Below are positions 35,701-48,370 of a stretch of DNA of 64,000 bases, one piece after another. Under the pieces are notes generated by a model, which saw nothing but the letters and a program-made list of their open reading frames with translations, ran no database searches and was not told the DNA's origin. The position numbers and the translations under genes were made by a program. Numbering within the stretch: position 1 is the stretch's first letter; the number at the start of each line of letters is the position of its first letter. This DNA comes from Rhizodiscina lignyota. Taxonomy: Eukaryota. The stretch is from positions 186,001-250,000 of the forward strand of contig ML978134.1 of assembly GCA_010015805.1 (NCBI GenBank), in the 5' to 3' direction.

Positions 35701-38700
35701 AGGCGGGCCTGGTGGCCGTGAAATCGATAGACTGGACACACCAGGCAGAGGTGGAGGTAAGCCCGGAGGGGGTGGGCCTGGTGGAGGTGGGCCTAGAGGA
35801 GGCAGGCCTGGTGGAGGCGGGCCTGGAGGAGGCAGGCCTGGTGGAGGCGGGCCTGGTGGAGGTAGGCCTGGTGGAGGCGGACCTGGTGGAGGCGGACCTG
35901 GAGGAGGCGGGCCTAGAGGAGGCGGGCCTGGAGGAGGCGGGCCTAGAGGAGGTAGGCCTGGAGGAGGCGGGCCTGGTGGAGGTGGTATTGTTGGGTTGGG
36001 CATACCAGGCGGAGGTAAGCCTGGTGGCCGTGGAATCGATGGGTTGGGTACACCAGGTGGAGGCAAGCCTTGTGGCAGTGGAATTGACAGGCTTGGCGCG
36101 GAAATTAAAGAGAGCCCTGATGGTAGAGTCAAGCTGACTCCTGGAGGCGGGTTTCCCGGAGGTGCGTTGCCTGGATTTGCGTTCACTGGAGGTGGGTTGA
36201 ATGGAGGTGGGTTGCCTGGAGGCGCGTTGATCGAGGGCAAGCCTGATGGGGCTGGAATACCGACGGGTGACCCACCTATCGTAGGAATCACTGGAGGCAG
36301 CAAGATGCTCACTGACAGCTGACTCATGGGTGGAACAACAGTCGGCAAGAGCGACGGTGGCCTAGCCGTACCAATTGGGGTGGGTGCTGATGGCGAAGAT
36401 GAGGCCGGAGTACCACTGACGCCTGTCGGCTGAGACCTTCCTGACCCAGAGGCTGGAGAAATACTTGGGGGAGAACTGCTTATGCTCAAGGTCGCTGCGG
36501 CGCTAAGTACAGTACTCTGAGAACCTCCAACACCAGAGCCAGAGGAAAGGGAGCTTGTAGGTGAAGCACCTGTTGAATTGGGAGCGACTTCTTTAAGTCG
36601 AGCCAGTAGGACCGCGCCAGTTACGTTTGGATCAACAACTCTAGATGTAGGTGTTGCTCCAATGGATGCAGAAACACCAATGTCAGTCGAGTTGTCGTCA
36701 TCTGGACCGTATAGCGTACAGTTACATATCGGGTTCACAGTGATGGTCACTCTCTTCCACAAATCATTATCGGCGGCAGCAAGATATTGTTCGAACAAGT
36801 TCTCGGATTCTGGCATCTCGGCTGCGAGCTCTCTCCTCTCCTTGGTAGCCGTAGTTGCATTCGGGAAGGTTTCAGAGTAGGTAGCCGCCAAACATCCCGG
36901 AGTCCTGCTGCAAGCCGCCAAACAAAGTGGGAAGCTAGAGCCGTTGCTGATAATACTTCCAAGAGAATTGGCTTGTGGATACGACAGATAGCACTGTACC
37001 TGATATATTTCCAAATCGTCGCTGGCCTCGACCGTGTAGTTTCGGCCGTTCGCGCTGGGACAAGTGGGCTGGGCAATTACGGGAGATAGAGTGTTTGACG
37101 GAGTCTGGGATGCAGACAGAGTGTTTGATGCCACAGGAGAAGCCAGAGGGTTGCCAGGTACAGAGCCTCCAGAGCTTGGCCCTGATCCAACAGTCGCTCC
37201 TGATGCACCAGCCTCCAGAACTCCGCCACTTGTCGATTGCGCCGAACTCGAAACACGCTGGTAAACTCCGCCCAATCGAATTACACCCCAGACGCCATTA
37301 GTGATAGTAGTGCCATAGTACGAAGTTCGGAGGTCACAGGCCCCAGGGCTGCCGGGCGAGTATCCTGCAAATATGCAGTTAGGGGTAGCTGCACAGAGCG
37401 CTACGCAATCTTCAAACGAGCTTTCTGGAAAGTTGCCAATCGAATCTCCAACTCGATCACCGTAACAGTTGATCATGAAAGTGACTCCATCAGCAGTCGT
37501 CGTGGTTCCATTGTTAGCTGGACAAGGCCCTCCAGCAGCTGGTGAGGATGAAGCAACGGTGCTACCGGTCACCATACTGGACGACCCTGTTGCTGAGACT
37601 CCCCCGGGGATGATAGAAGAGGTATACGATGTACTGGTAAGCTTGACAACCAGTAGCCTTTTTATTGCACCAATAGCACCGGCTCCAGATGGCAGCGGTA
37701 TTGTCATGGCAGATGTCGATACTGTGGTCGTTGGGGCAGGATTGTTTATCGTCGTCACCACTGCCTGGATCCCAGTTGTAGTATATGTCATTGGAATGGT
37801 CGAGACCTGCCCATTTGGCCCTGTTGATACGCTCGAACTTGTGGCTGTCAACGTAAATGTCCTCGACCGGGGCGATACAATCTGCGTCGTAGAAGTAACC
37901 GGAACTGTCCTTAGCTGGCCATTCGGCTCCGTCAGGACGCTTGAAGTAATGATCGTAGATGTATAAGTGTTCGACAAGGTCGAAACAGTTTGCAAAAAGG
38001 TCGATGTTGCAGATCGAATCTCGGTAGTGGTATACAAATATGTCGTCGTCATGCGTTGTCCGTTCGAAGCGGTTGCAACGCTCGACGCCGTTCCAACAGA
38101 GGTAAAAGTGCTTGAATATATGGAAATAACAGGGGTCCCAAGGAGTGCAGTGTCTGCTCCGGTGTTGGCAGCCCAGACAAGATAGCATGTGCCGCTCACG
38201 AACCACGAGGCTGAGCATCCGGTGGTCGTTTCACAGTTTCCCACGCAAGACGCCAAGTCCACAGCATCAGTCCTCGTATAGTTCGTTACTTGGATAGAAT
38301 TGGGATTGCAGAAGATCTGGTATGCTGTACCATCCGACGCCATGAACGTCTGGCCATCTCCACTTGGACATAGGCCCACCGCTGATGTTCCAGAAGGGAA
38401 GGGTGGAAAGGTTGGCGTGGGAAGTCCTGGTGGCTGCCCCTGTTGGCCAGGTACGCCAGAAGGCAGCAATATCGACCCCCCAACACCAGGCGGACCTTGA
38501 TTACCGCCAGCATTGTTGCCAGGAGGAGAATTCCCACCCCCTCCATTGCCACTTGGAGCTTTACCCCCAGCTCCATTTCCATTGCCCGGGTTGTTACTCC
38601 CTGAGCCAGGATTGCTACCACCGCCAGGGTTGCTTCCACCACCATGGTCGCTTCCACCGCCGGGATTGCTGCCACCGCCAGGATTGTTGCCACCGCCAGG

Positions 38701-39121
38701 ATTGCTTCCTGGGCCAGGATTATTGCCTTGCCCTGAGTTGCCACCAGATGAAGGTGCTCCATGGTGAGGCGGAGGAGAGTTGCTTGCACCTGGAGGACTT
38801 TTTCGCGTGGGACTATTCACCGCTTGGCCTTTAGTCCCTGGAGCGCCATTTGAATGCCCTCTCTGCGACTTCGAGGCGGCAGATCCTTTGATTATCTGTG
38901 AGCTTTGAGGCGGTGGTAATGCTGTCACGGTTAGGGTGAATGATGAAGACACCGTGATCGTGACATGTGGAGCGACGCAAATGTCTACATGAACGCGTTA
39001 GTGAGACGCAGGATACAGAGCGCGTTAATACTTCGGCCAGTGAAGACTCACCTCTAGAAACTTGAGCATTAGCGAGTATTGAGAGTAAAGAAACCGCAAA
39101 TGGGTATATGATTCCTCTCAT
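32737..39121 (-). CDS. Giant secreted (~2100 aa) PAN/apple-domain, polyproline and Cys-repeat protein (adhesin-like)
   Basis: Signal peptide MRGIIYPFAVSLLSILANA; intron 38985-39051 joins it to the 2071-aa ORF; four CP..N/DG....Y/F...C...C...C PAN-like modules; Gly/Asn, Thr-rich, Pro-rich and 40-aa repeat blocks. Confidence 0.85.
33085..34765 (-). repeat. 14 coding tandem repeats of 40-41 aa (~120-123 bp)
   Basis: Consensus TITPSASLSVGLNLCFNALGLLGxCGQxGYSLTSSPxAAxQ, counted in the translation. Confidence 0.95.
35590..36070 (-). repeat. 15-bp coding microsatellite encoding PPPG(P/L)
   Basis: Plus strand (ggaggcgggcctgg[a/t])n; translation PPPGPPPPGLPPPG... Confidence 0.95.
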
Positions 39122-40415
39122 CTCGAATAGAACCGTCGATTGAACGAGGCAATTCGTACATCTGATGCGCGCGACGCGAATATTGTGCTATACGCGAGTA
39201 GCGCGCGTGGTGGAGTTTTGGTTGCCATCTCAACAAGCGGATCAACGAAAAGAGACTAGAACGAATGGAATGCAAATGAGATGGCCCAAACAAACAAGAG
39301 CAAGTCATTCGGGTAGTTTGGGATGCCCAGGCATTTCTGGCGGCAAAAAGAAGCGGTTCTTTGGAGAGTTGCGCTTGACGCTTTGACCGCCAAGCCAACG
39401 GGCACAGGCCATCGTTACAATAAAATGTAGATAGAACAGCCGCGCAGAACAGACCGATCTCCAAAAGGTGGTAAAAGATGCACAGATTCGACCAAACCGT
39501 AAATTTGGTCTGTTGTAGTGCTTCATCCGTTGACATATATCCTGCGGTATCTGTTAAAAGGCATGAAAAGTAAGACGTCGTCCGATAGACATTCTAGAAA
39601 TATCAAGACAATCATATAAGATGTGCAGCTCTATAAGAGCCGAGGTTTTCCTTAGGCCATTCTCACTGCGCTCACGTTATGCATTCGAGCGCGTCAAGTA
39701 GAGCCCAGAGCCTCAATGGTGGCACAGAATGCATTCCTAAACGCAGTTATCCGCCAGTACATCCAAATCGGTCTAAGTCGCCCAAATCAGTCCATTTCGG
39801 GGTACAGTAATCATCTTCGCCCGTCTTGAAACTGCATTTTCCACTGCAAAAGGGAATCGAAAGGTCGGCCAGCTTTCATCGTCCAGAATACCAACTAGTT
39901 GGCACACAAATCAAGCTGGCCAGTATGAACTAGCTTCTTAAATTTGAAGAAGAAAGGTTGCCTTGAGTAGGCGAGCGCTTGATCTATCGCATAGACACTG
40001 GAATGAGAAACAGGGCGATGCAACTGTGACCGGTCTGCAGCAAGGAGTGAAAGGCCAAGTGACGTGCAGAGAAGTGCCAAGCATAGAAGACAGGATCAAC
40101 AGTATGGTATTGAGGGAGTGATTGAGCAGAAGAAAGACGTTCGTGCACTTTTCAAACCGCAAGTGAGAGAGCTGCAAGTGAGACGCGTAGAAGAAAGACG
40201 TCGACACGGCCAAATTCACGCGGTAAAGCGCCGATCACGTGAGCGCTTGTCGGCCGATCTCGCATTGCATCACAGCAGATTTCTAATGCTATGGGCTGAT
40301 CTCTTCTCTCGAGACTCTACTGCTGGTGATGTTTTCCATCATATTCAGAGACTTGGGGCCGATCTATCCAAGTCACCCTTTAGAGCCAGACTGAGATTTG
40401 GGTATTGATGTCGTA

Positions 40416-41372
40416 ATGTCGTTAAAAGACATCAAACACATCCTCCTAGTCCTCTCTGGCAAAGGTGGCGTCGGCAAATCAAGCATAACGACCCAGCTTG
40501 CCTTAACCCTCTCGCTACAAGGACATTCCGTTGGCGTCCTCGATATTGACCTCACAGGCCCATCCATACCGCGTTTCTTTGGCATCGAGGATGCTAAAGT
40601 AACTCAAGCGCCGGGTGGCCTTGTGCCCGTTCAAGTACACGCGCAATCAACCTCCGGATCCACAGAAGGAGATGGAAGCATGCGATACGGTGCGCTGAGC
40701 TGCATGTCACTCGGCTTCATTCTGTCTGGCCGAAACCAGGCTGTGATATGGCGCGGCCCGAAGAAGACAGCCATGGTCCGCCAGTTCCTCACCTCGACGC
40801 TTTGGCCCTCAGGGCTCAATTACCTCCTCATCGACACCCCGCCCGGTACCTCCGACGAGCACATCTCCCTCGTCGAGTCCCTCCTGACCGAAACTGCTTC
40901 GAACCCTTCCCAGCTCGCTGGTGCCGTTGTTGTAACCACGCCACAGGCCATCAGTGTTAGTGACGTCAAGAAGGAACTGAATTTCTGCCGGAAGGTCGGA
41001 GTCAAAGTGCTCGGAGTGGTAGAGAACATGGCAGGCTTTGTGTGTCCACATTGCATGGAGTGCACGAACGTGTTCAGTGCGGGCGGCGGTGCTGCGATGG
41101 CAATCGAGTTCGGAGTGCCTTTTCTAGGGAGCGTGCCATTAGACCCGGCGTTCGTGGGGCTGATTGAAGAAGGGATCAGACCGGTATACCCACAAGGAAC
41201 GGTTGTAGAGGGTCAGGCTATGGAGACTGAGGAGACAAGAGCAATTACAAACAGGGAGAGTGACAAAGCACCGCTGGTTGAAAAGTACACGAGCTGCTCC
41301 CTGTACCCGATATTTGCGAAGATATGCAAGCAGGTAACAGATGTTGTTGAGATCACACCAGCTTCGGCGTAG
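40416..41372 (+). CDS. CFD1: Cytosolic Fe-S cluster assembly factor Cfd1 (P-loop NTPase)
   Basis: [60 protein letters not shown]; lacks the Nbp35 N-terminal Fe-S extension. Confidence 0.92.
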   Translation: MSLKDIKHILLVLSGKGGVGKSSITTQLALTLSLQGHSVGVLDIDLTGPSIPRFFGIEDAKVTQAPGGLVPVQVHAQSTSGSTEGDGSMRYGALSCMSLGFILSGRNQAVIWRGPKKTAMVRQFLTSTLWPSGLNYLLIDTPPGTSDEHISLVESLLTETASNPSQLAGAVVVTTPQAISVSDVKKELNFCRKVGVKVLGVVENMAGFVCPHCMECTNVFSAGGGAAMAIEFGVPFLGSVPLDPAFVGLIEEGIRPVYPQGTVVEGQAMETEETRAITNRESDKAPLVEKYTSCSLYPIFAKICKQVTDVVEITPASA

Positions 41373-41918
41373 CAACATTTCTGTAAACCGTGTTTTGGTG
41401 CATAGCGATGGCGTTGGATAGATAAATGTCATCATAATATTACGTGGGAATCCTTCAGTCGTTTTACAACTGTAAAGCTCTCCTTTAGACCTTGTACCGT
41501 GTCTCTCCGAAGCATGTGTCGCCGTCATATCTTCTCCTCCGTCAACTTATCTGCAAAGCTGGGGATAGATGCAAACGTAGTGTTCGGCACTATTCAAATG
41601 TGTGAACTGATGCCAGTATAACGGTATAAAATTTGTAATCAGTGCTTGAGGTACAGCAACGCAGCATTGTCTATGAGAATGTCACAAGTGGTTCTTAATT
41701 GATTGGCGGTAGACCCCAACTTTCCCTCTTTTGGGATGCGAAGTTTCCCGATATGGTATGGGTAGAGTCAAGGAGTGGTGTCAGACACGGAGTACGGGGT
41801 TTAGCGTTTTGTCCGCGAACTTCTCCTCTGGACTTCAATCAAAGCGGAGGTACTGTAACATGGATACACGAGACCACTCACAGCCTGTCGCCGACCATAC
41901 CGTACAATTCATTCAATA

Positions 41919-43478
41919 ATGCCGTTCCCCAGCACTGGATGTGAGCCTTGCAGGACTCGACGAGTCAAGGTGAGTGGCTCGCTGCAAAGAGATGAAGCTT
42001 AGACATAACTAAGTAGGCTGTCATCTTAGTGCGACGAAACCCAGCCTGTGTGCAAGAGATGCGCAAGGACCTGCACGGCCTGCTATGGAGCTCGACAAGC
42101 CTTTTCGATGGTCCATACCGAAAACCCGTATGCAAGCGGTCGAAAGAAACGTCCCAGGGGTCCTCGTTCGACCAAGGAAGTCGGCCTCGCAACTAAATTG
42201 GACTGTATCTTGACGCGCTCGCCTTTCGACCTGCAAACAGAAGCCGTGGCCTTTTATGTACACTATTATCTGCAGGGGAAGGGCGATGCACCTCCGCTTG
42301 TCCAGAGCGCAATGGATGATGTAGAACTTACATTATCCTCAAAAGCGCCGTGTCAGGTCTTGTATCTGGCCGTCTCAACCCTAGCTTTGGCAGTGTTCTC
42401 GCGGGTACGACAGCATCCGCAAGCAGCAAGTGAGGCCTCTATCAAATACCAACAGCTGCTGCAGGCATTACAGGTCAGGCTCCGTGCTCTGGATCAAAAC
42501 AATATCGACACCTGCCTCCTTGCGAATTTTTTTATGAGCATGTACGAGGACTCCTTACATCGACCTGATCCGACCACAAAGACCGCAACTTCTCGAACAT
42601 TGCGGAGCTTGCCCCATCAGGAAGGGGCGTTAGCAATTCTTAAGTTCTGGAGAGATCATCTGAGTACCAAACAGCCCGCGACCAAGGTCATCAAACATAC
42701 CAGGCGGTCAGCAATTAAAAGAGCGTTAGTCGGGAATTTTGCGCTGCCAGAATGGATAGTTGATGGCGCGTCTTTCGGCGAACAAGGCCTCGAGTTAGAA
42801 TACGATAGTATTCTTGCGCGAATCAGCAATGCTCGGCATGCTTTATCAAGAATTATCAAGCAAATGAACAATTTACAACCAGCGTCAACAGACCAGGCAT
42901 CAACCCTCAAAATACTTTACAGCGAGACCCAGGATATTGACAGGGCATTGCAAGACTGGAAAATTCGTTTCCCAAGTGCGTGGTCTGCACGTCGACACAC
43001 TCTACCGGGCTCTCAGAGCTCATCTACCGAATTCTTCTATTCTTCCAGCATTCACAGTCACGAAAGCCCTGCATGTGCTGCCGTTTGGCTTCGATATTAT
43101 TCCAGCAGAATGCTCGTTAACAGCACATGCTTGACCATTCTTGAGCTTCTTGAGCCGGATACGGGTGGCATTACTGAAGACCAGTTCTTGGAATATCTCT
43201 CTTGCATAAAGGAAATGAGCGATGGTCTCGCATCCACTATACCTTTTTCTCTTGAAAGGTTTGCAATCATCAACAATATCGTCGTCGTAGGCATGACCGA
43301 GAACACGAAGCCATCTTTGGGAACACTTGCGATAAACCCTCTGAGCATTGCCTCGAGTATCAGGCATGTAGACATGGAGCATAAATTGTGGTTCAAGTCT
43401 CAGTTGGCACGGATTGGAAGAGAAACGGGCTATGGACTATTCGAATCTGCAATGACCAATGAGTGGTTGGATTTCTGA
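41919..43478 (+). CDS. Zn2Cys6 transcription factor
   Basis: MPFPSTGCEPCRTRRVK|CDETQPVCKRCARTCTAC joined across intron 41970-42029. Confidence 0.88.
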
Positions 43479-44613
43479 GCAAGATCTAATGACTGTTGTG
43501 TGAGCGTTTGCGCATAACAGGAACTACCTTTACACCTTCAGCGCTAGATGCGGACCAAATGTTCTGTAATACCAATTGTGAGAAAGCTAGCACATTGGAA
43601 CGAAGAGCATCGAAATGTTTGAGTATGGACTGAGCTACCTTTGTGCCTTTGTCAATTAATGACAAGCGACTTCTCTACAATGCTGCTTAGCTCAACACTC
43701 CAGCAAGCACCCAGTAACGGGCGGCCGGCGCTGAGGGCCATTGGCTGCCATCGAAGAACAAATGCCCACACTGAACACCTGGGGGTCAAGCTGACTTTTG
43801 AGTTCCTCCTGGAAAAGGAGGAGGGAAGTAGCTGGACCGGGATTTAGCTGTGCAGCGGTAAAATCTACTCCGCGCAGTACTCATGCTTCAGAACCATTTG
43901 TACTCTATGACCAAAGTGGCATTTTTTTCCCGAATTGAAACTCAATGCATTGCCATGAATATGACGAACAGATCGCATTTTGCGATGATCGCCGTGGTCA
44001 AAGTGAGCAACGTGAGTATAGCTACAAGAAATGGACAGCGATTTATCTTTTAGGATAAGACGCGTTTAATCTATAATTCAACGGAACCACACTTCAGATC
44101 AGACGGATCAAACTGATCAGACCCTCAATCCTAGGGTTAGGATTCTTGCTCTCTTCATGCGCATATATGATCCTAACAGCCTACCGAGTACTTCCTCACA
44201 CAGGTGACAGCGCTGTACAACCTATATTAGCTATATTATATGCTAAATAAATAACGACGCTACCTAATATAGCCACTCTACGCTACTCTCTACTTGTTAT
44301 AGCCCTCATAAGGACCTATGGCGTATGTGGCTAGTAGTCTACGAGTGGCTGTCGTATTCTCCCGTCTCAGATGTTGCTGCCTAGCACACTCGCCTAGAGA
44401 CTGATCTCCCGAGTCCACTTCCCCCCACTATCACAATAGGCGAAAATATTTCCTGCCAGTACCTTATTTCTCTATAATCCTATAATTTGGATCTCTCATC
44501 TTTAGGCGCTGCAGCAGCTCGCTATTGTATGATATCTCTTTTAGGAGCGAAATAGACCCAGGCGACCTACCGTAAATTTTCAAGCATCGGCACGGACGTT
44601 ATTCTCTAGCCTG

Positions 44614-46754
44614 ATGGAAGTCTCAACCTGCAACGTTCTTACTGCTTTAAGCAACACTGAACTGGACATTGGCCGTGATCCGCCAAGAAGGGACCACACA
44701 ATATGTTTGTCCGATCTGGTCGAGGGAGAAAATCTAAACTGTCCAATTTGCTCCGCCATATACAATGCTGTAATCACTAGAGTCGCAACAGAGAACCCAA
44801 ACGCGGACATCAGTACCATCAGATTATCTAGTCGAGCGTGTCACCCGGTTGAAATCCAAGCCGAGCTGTGGTGTCCTGGCAGAATATACGATTATCTGCA
44901 CCTTGCTCTTTATAGGATAGCAGGTACGAATTCTATATACCCTTCCTCTGCTGGCTTCAAACCCCTTCGGTTTTAATTTGATTATTCTCAAGCCGAGTGC
45001 TGAAACATAGCTCAATCCTTAGAGCAGCCCACAGCAGACAGAATCAACGATAATATTCAAATCCGCCAAATCGGCAAATTTAGGCCACCCCAACCAAGCT
45101 CGGATTCGCCGTCGTGTTTCGAATTGATGACATCGTGGCTCAATGACTGCTTTGAACATCATGATATATGTGACGGGGGTCATATAGCGCTCATACCGAC
45201 ACGGGTTATTCGAATAACCAAAAACTCTCCAACGCCACTGCTTCAACTGATGACGGGTAATGGGTTGGTCGCAAACTATGTAGCTCTCAGTCATTGCTGG
45301 GGTCTCGAACCATCGTTAAGGATGACCAGCAAGAATCGTCGCCAGATGGAGCATGACCTGTCGTGGTCTCTCTTACCCAAAACCTTTCAGGACGCAATCC
45401 TTGTTACATTGCATTTATGGATGCAATACATCTGGATCGACTCACTGTGCATAATCCAAGATGATCCTCTTGACTGGGACCGTGAGTCCGCTCGCATGTG
45501 TAATTGCCACACTCACAAGTATCAGAGCGGAACAATTACTGACGGCAGTAGGCGAAGTATACGAGAATGCTACGCTTGTTATTGGGCAACAGTGGCTGCT
45601 GGTGACCGAGAAGGTTTCCTAACTCACCGACAGGGCAGGGTGGATTATTTTTCAACGGGGGGAGATTCTGGTACTCCGGACGCTTGCTTCAGTAGCTGGA
45701 TCGAGCATTATGAGCATCATTTCAATGATGGGCCACTTTCGACGCGGGCATGGGCGTATCAAGAGCAACTCTTAGCTCGTCGGTTTCTGTCTTACGACTC
45801 CTACGAACTCCTTTGGGAATGTGATTCAACTTGGCGGTGCGAATGCGGAGTCGGAGATGCACTCGGACAAAAATTCCACCCTATCATATTGGATCCCTCC
45901 TGGAAACCGGAAATGCCGAATTTACTTACCGAGCCTGGTATTCAACAGTCATAGACCGTTATTCCGGTCAGGATTTGACTATAAGCTCTGACAACATTCC
46001 AGCCATATCCGGTATTGCAAAGCGCTTCCAACGGAAGCTGCACGACCGATATGTTGCTGGACTCTGGTCAAATGACTTCATTGAAGGGATACTCTGGGAA
46101 CGCGTACTGGGTTTAATGAGTCAGCGCTCTGCCATAATGCCAACCAGCTACTGTGCTCCTTCTTGGAGCTGGGCATCAGTCTTGTCGCCTGTCGTTTACT
46201 CGGAGTTTAAGCTGGTGCGCACTTACACGCAGGTAGTCAACGTACAATGCACACCAGCTGGGACCGATCTTACTGGAAGAATTAGCGCGGGCGCTGCCAT
46301 ACTATATGGACCACTCATTGAGGCATGGGTTCGGGTTGGCCAAGGAAATGTTGAGCCAACAGAAGAGTTATTCCTCTACCTCGACCCGGACCGAGAGTCT
46401 CGCGCTACGTGTAGGTTCGTGACCGACTGCCCGCTAGCTATCGAAGAAGCCGTTGATTTGTTCGGTCAAATCCAATGGGAAGTACGAAGAATTAAAAACT
46501 ATGAATACGATAGCAATCTTGGATTCGACGAGAGCGCCAACACCGAACTCAAGGAGGCTCGGGTATACTGCTTGTATATTGGGATTCGACCTGCTGACCA
46601 CACATATGGCTACCGCGGGTCTTGTGCATTGGTTCTGAGTCGCAGCAAGGCAGACCCAGAGAGGTTCGTGCGACTCGGCATGTCTTCTGAGACCTCCGAA
46701 GCCCACGGCGAACTTTTCCGCAGTGCCAAAAACACGACCATAACAATCATCTAA
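44614..46754 (+). pseudogene. HET-domain (heterokaryon incompatibility) gene with two -1 frameshifts
   Basis: YVALSHCWG, LPKTFQDAI, YIWIDSLCIIQD, PLSTRAWAYQE, APSWSWAS; introns 44924-45022 and 45500-45551; frameshifts near 45585 and within 45860-45915. Confidence 0.75.
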
Positions 46755-46964
46755 ATGTCAATTCTTCCATCATACGGCTTGATTTGGTATTAATGCATCA
46801 GATCGATGGATAAGTAAGAATAAGGTTGTCCCTTACCAGCTATTATTGATGGGCGGCGCTCATGTCACGGTCCTATCTGCATCAACCAACGGGGCGATGA
46901 TGTTCTGGACATGGTACTCACGATATATCACGGACTCATAATTCATCTAAGTGCCTTGCGCGGC

Positions 46965-47190
46965 AGACTATTCGAGACCGAAAGTGGGTATCTCGGACTG
47001 GGACCGAGGCTTTGCTCCCTGGGATCAAGTTTGCGTACTGCATAATTGTAAGGATCTCTTTGTCCTGAGGCAGGTTGGCCCCCATTGGATCCACCTTGGA
47101 CCCTCCTTTGTGCTCGGCCTCATGGGCGGCGAGGCACTCTCTGATGTTGTGGACGGGAAACGCGAAATATGTGAGTTCGAAATTCATTGA
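46965..47190 (+). pseudogene. Relic of the C-terminus of a Het-6-like HET gene
   Basis: RLFETESGYLGLGPR, frameshift(s), then DQVCVLHNCKDLFVLR..HLGPSFVLGLMGGEA..FEIH*, the typical HET-6-type tail; no upstream part recognised. Confidence 0.65.
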
Positions 47191-47448
47191 CACTAATTTC
47201 AAGATTGTTGATTGATTTCATTTGTTTTATGTCCGAGGCGTCCTTGAGTTCCAACTTCCGTGTGATGAAAATGTCCCAAAAATAGTAATGAAGTTTTCAT
47301 CCAAGCCAATACTGGCGCTCATAGTCTCATCATATGATCATTCTGCCATGTAACACCATTGTAGCCCAATTTGTAAGCAAAAGGCCAGCCCATGACCGCA
47401 GTGAAGAGGAGTTTCGCCGTAGAAGTCGGATCTGGATGCTGGTTGGGC

Positions 47449-47791
47449 CTAGAGGCAGCAGCAATGGCTAAGTAGATGATAAGTTTATTCTGTTCCAATA
47501 CCTTGATATTCGCTCAGTGAGAGATGAAGTTAATACTTACAAAGGCTCATCGGTGCAATCCTCGGCTTTGGAGATTTTGCCCTCAAGAGCACACTGTGAT
47601 ATATCAGTCCAAGGCATCATAGCTCACCAAACACCAGAACATACTTGAACGAGACACAACTCCGCGCAGCCGAGGGTTTCACCTGCAACGATGTTTGGAG
47701 TGGCGGTAGCCTCGGCCTTGGTGGTATTGGTAGCCATGCCGGCACCGAAGAGTGCCATCGTGGCAAAGGCAGTGATGATGAAGGTCTTCAT
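47449..47791 (-). CDS. Small secreted cysteine-rich, defensin-like peptide (72 aa, 3 exons)
   Basis: Exons 47791-47645, 47593-47541, 47467-47449 with GTATGT..CAG and GTAAGT..TAG introns: MKTFIITAFATMALFGAGMATNTTKAEATATPNIVAGETLGCAELCLVQCALEGKISKAEDCTDEPFHCCCL*; TATA about 100 bp upstream. Confidence 0.8.
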
Positions 47792-48370
47792 GTTCGAAGA
47801 TTGTTGACGAGAGGAATATGAGTGAGTGCAAAGCTTGTTGGTTGACGATGAAGAAGAAGGAAGGGAAGGAAAGGCAGTTGGAACTCGAGGTCTTTATATC
47901 TCCCGAAGGCTTTGCCAACACTACCAATTACACGCCGAAAGGCACATGGCTACTGGTTAAAACGTGTCAGTTTGTGAATATGAAAGCGTTGTCACGTCGA
48001 GCATCACCTCAGTTCAACGCATGACTTGAGCCTCTCGGCTTATGGGTGAAGGTTAAGCTTCTGATTTGATCATGTGTAGCCCCTTAAGTTGCAGCATGCA
48101 CGGGAAAAATACCCTTCAGTATCCGCATCTGGTAGGAGAAGCACACATAGCAGCTATCAGGCTTCCTGGACCATACAACCACTCAGTGCCCAACTTATGT
48201 ATGAAAGTGTTGCCTCGATTCCATTATCTCGGGTGCTCGATGTACTACTTGCGATGCTGGAAAACATTGGCTTCAATCAAGATGGGAGTTTCTGCAAAGT
48301 GAGGGCTCGATTCAACGTGATACGGAGCGTCGTATTTCGAATTCGTAAAGTTGATTCTGCGGCGAATGTC

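Noticed and set aside
35577..36322. Plus-strand Gly-rich and EEAGL-repeat ORFs
   Set aside because: Antisense shadows of the polyproline tract
44126..44146. aatcctagggttaggatt as a telomere seed or hairpin
   Set aside because: Fewer than two TTAGGG units; compatible with chance
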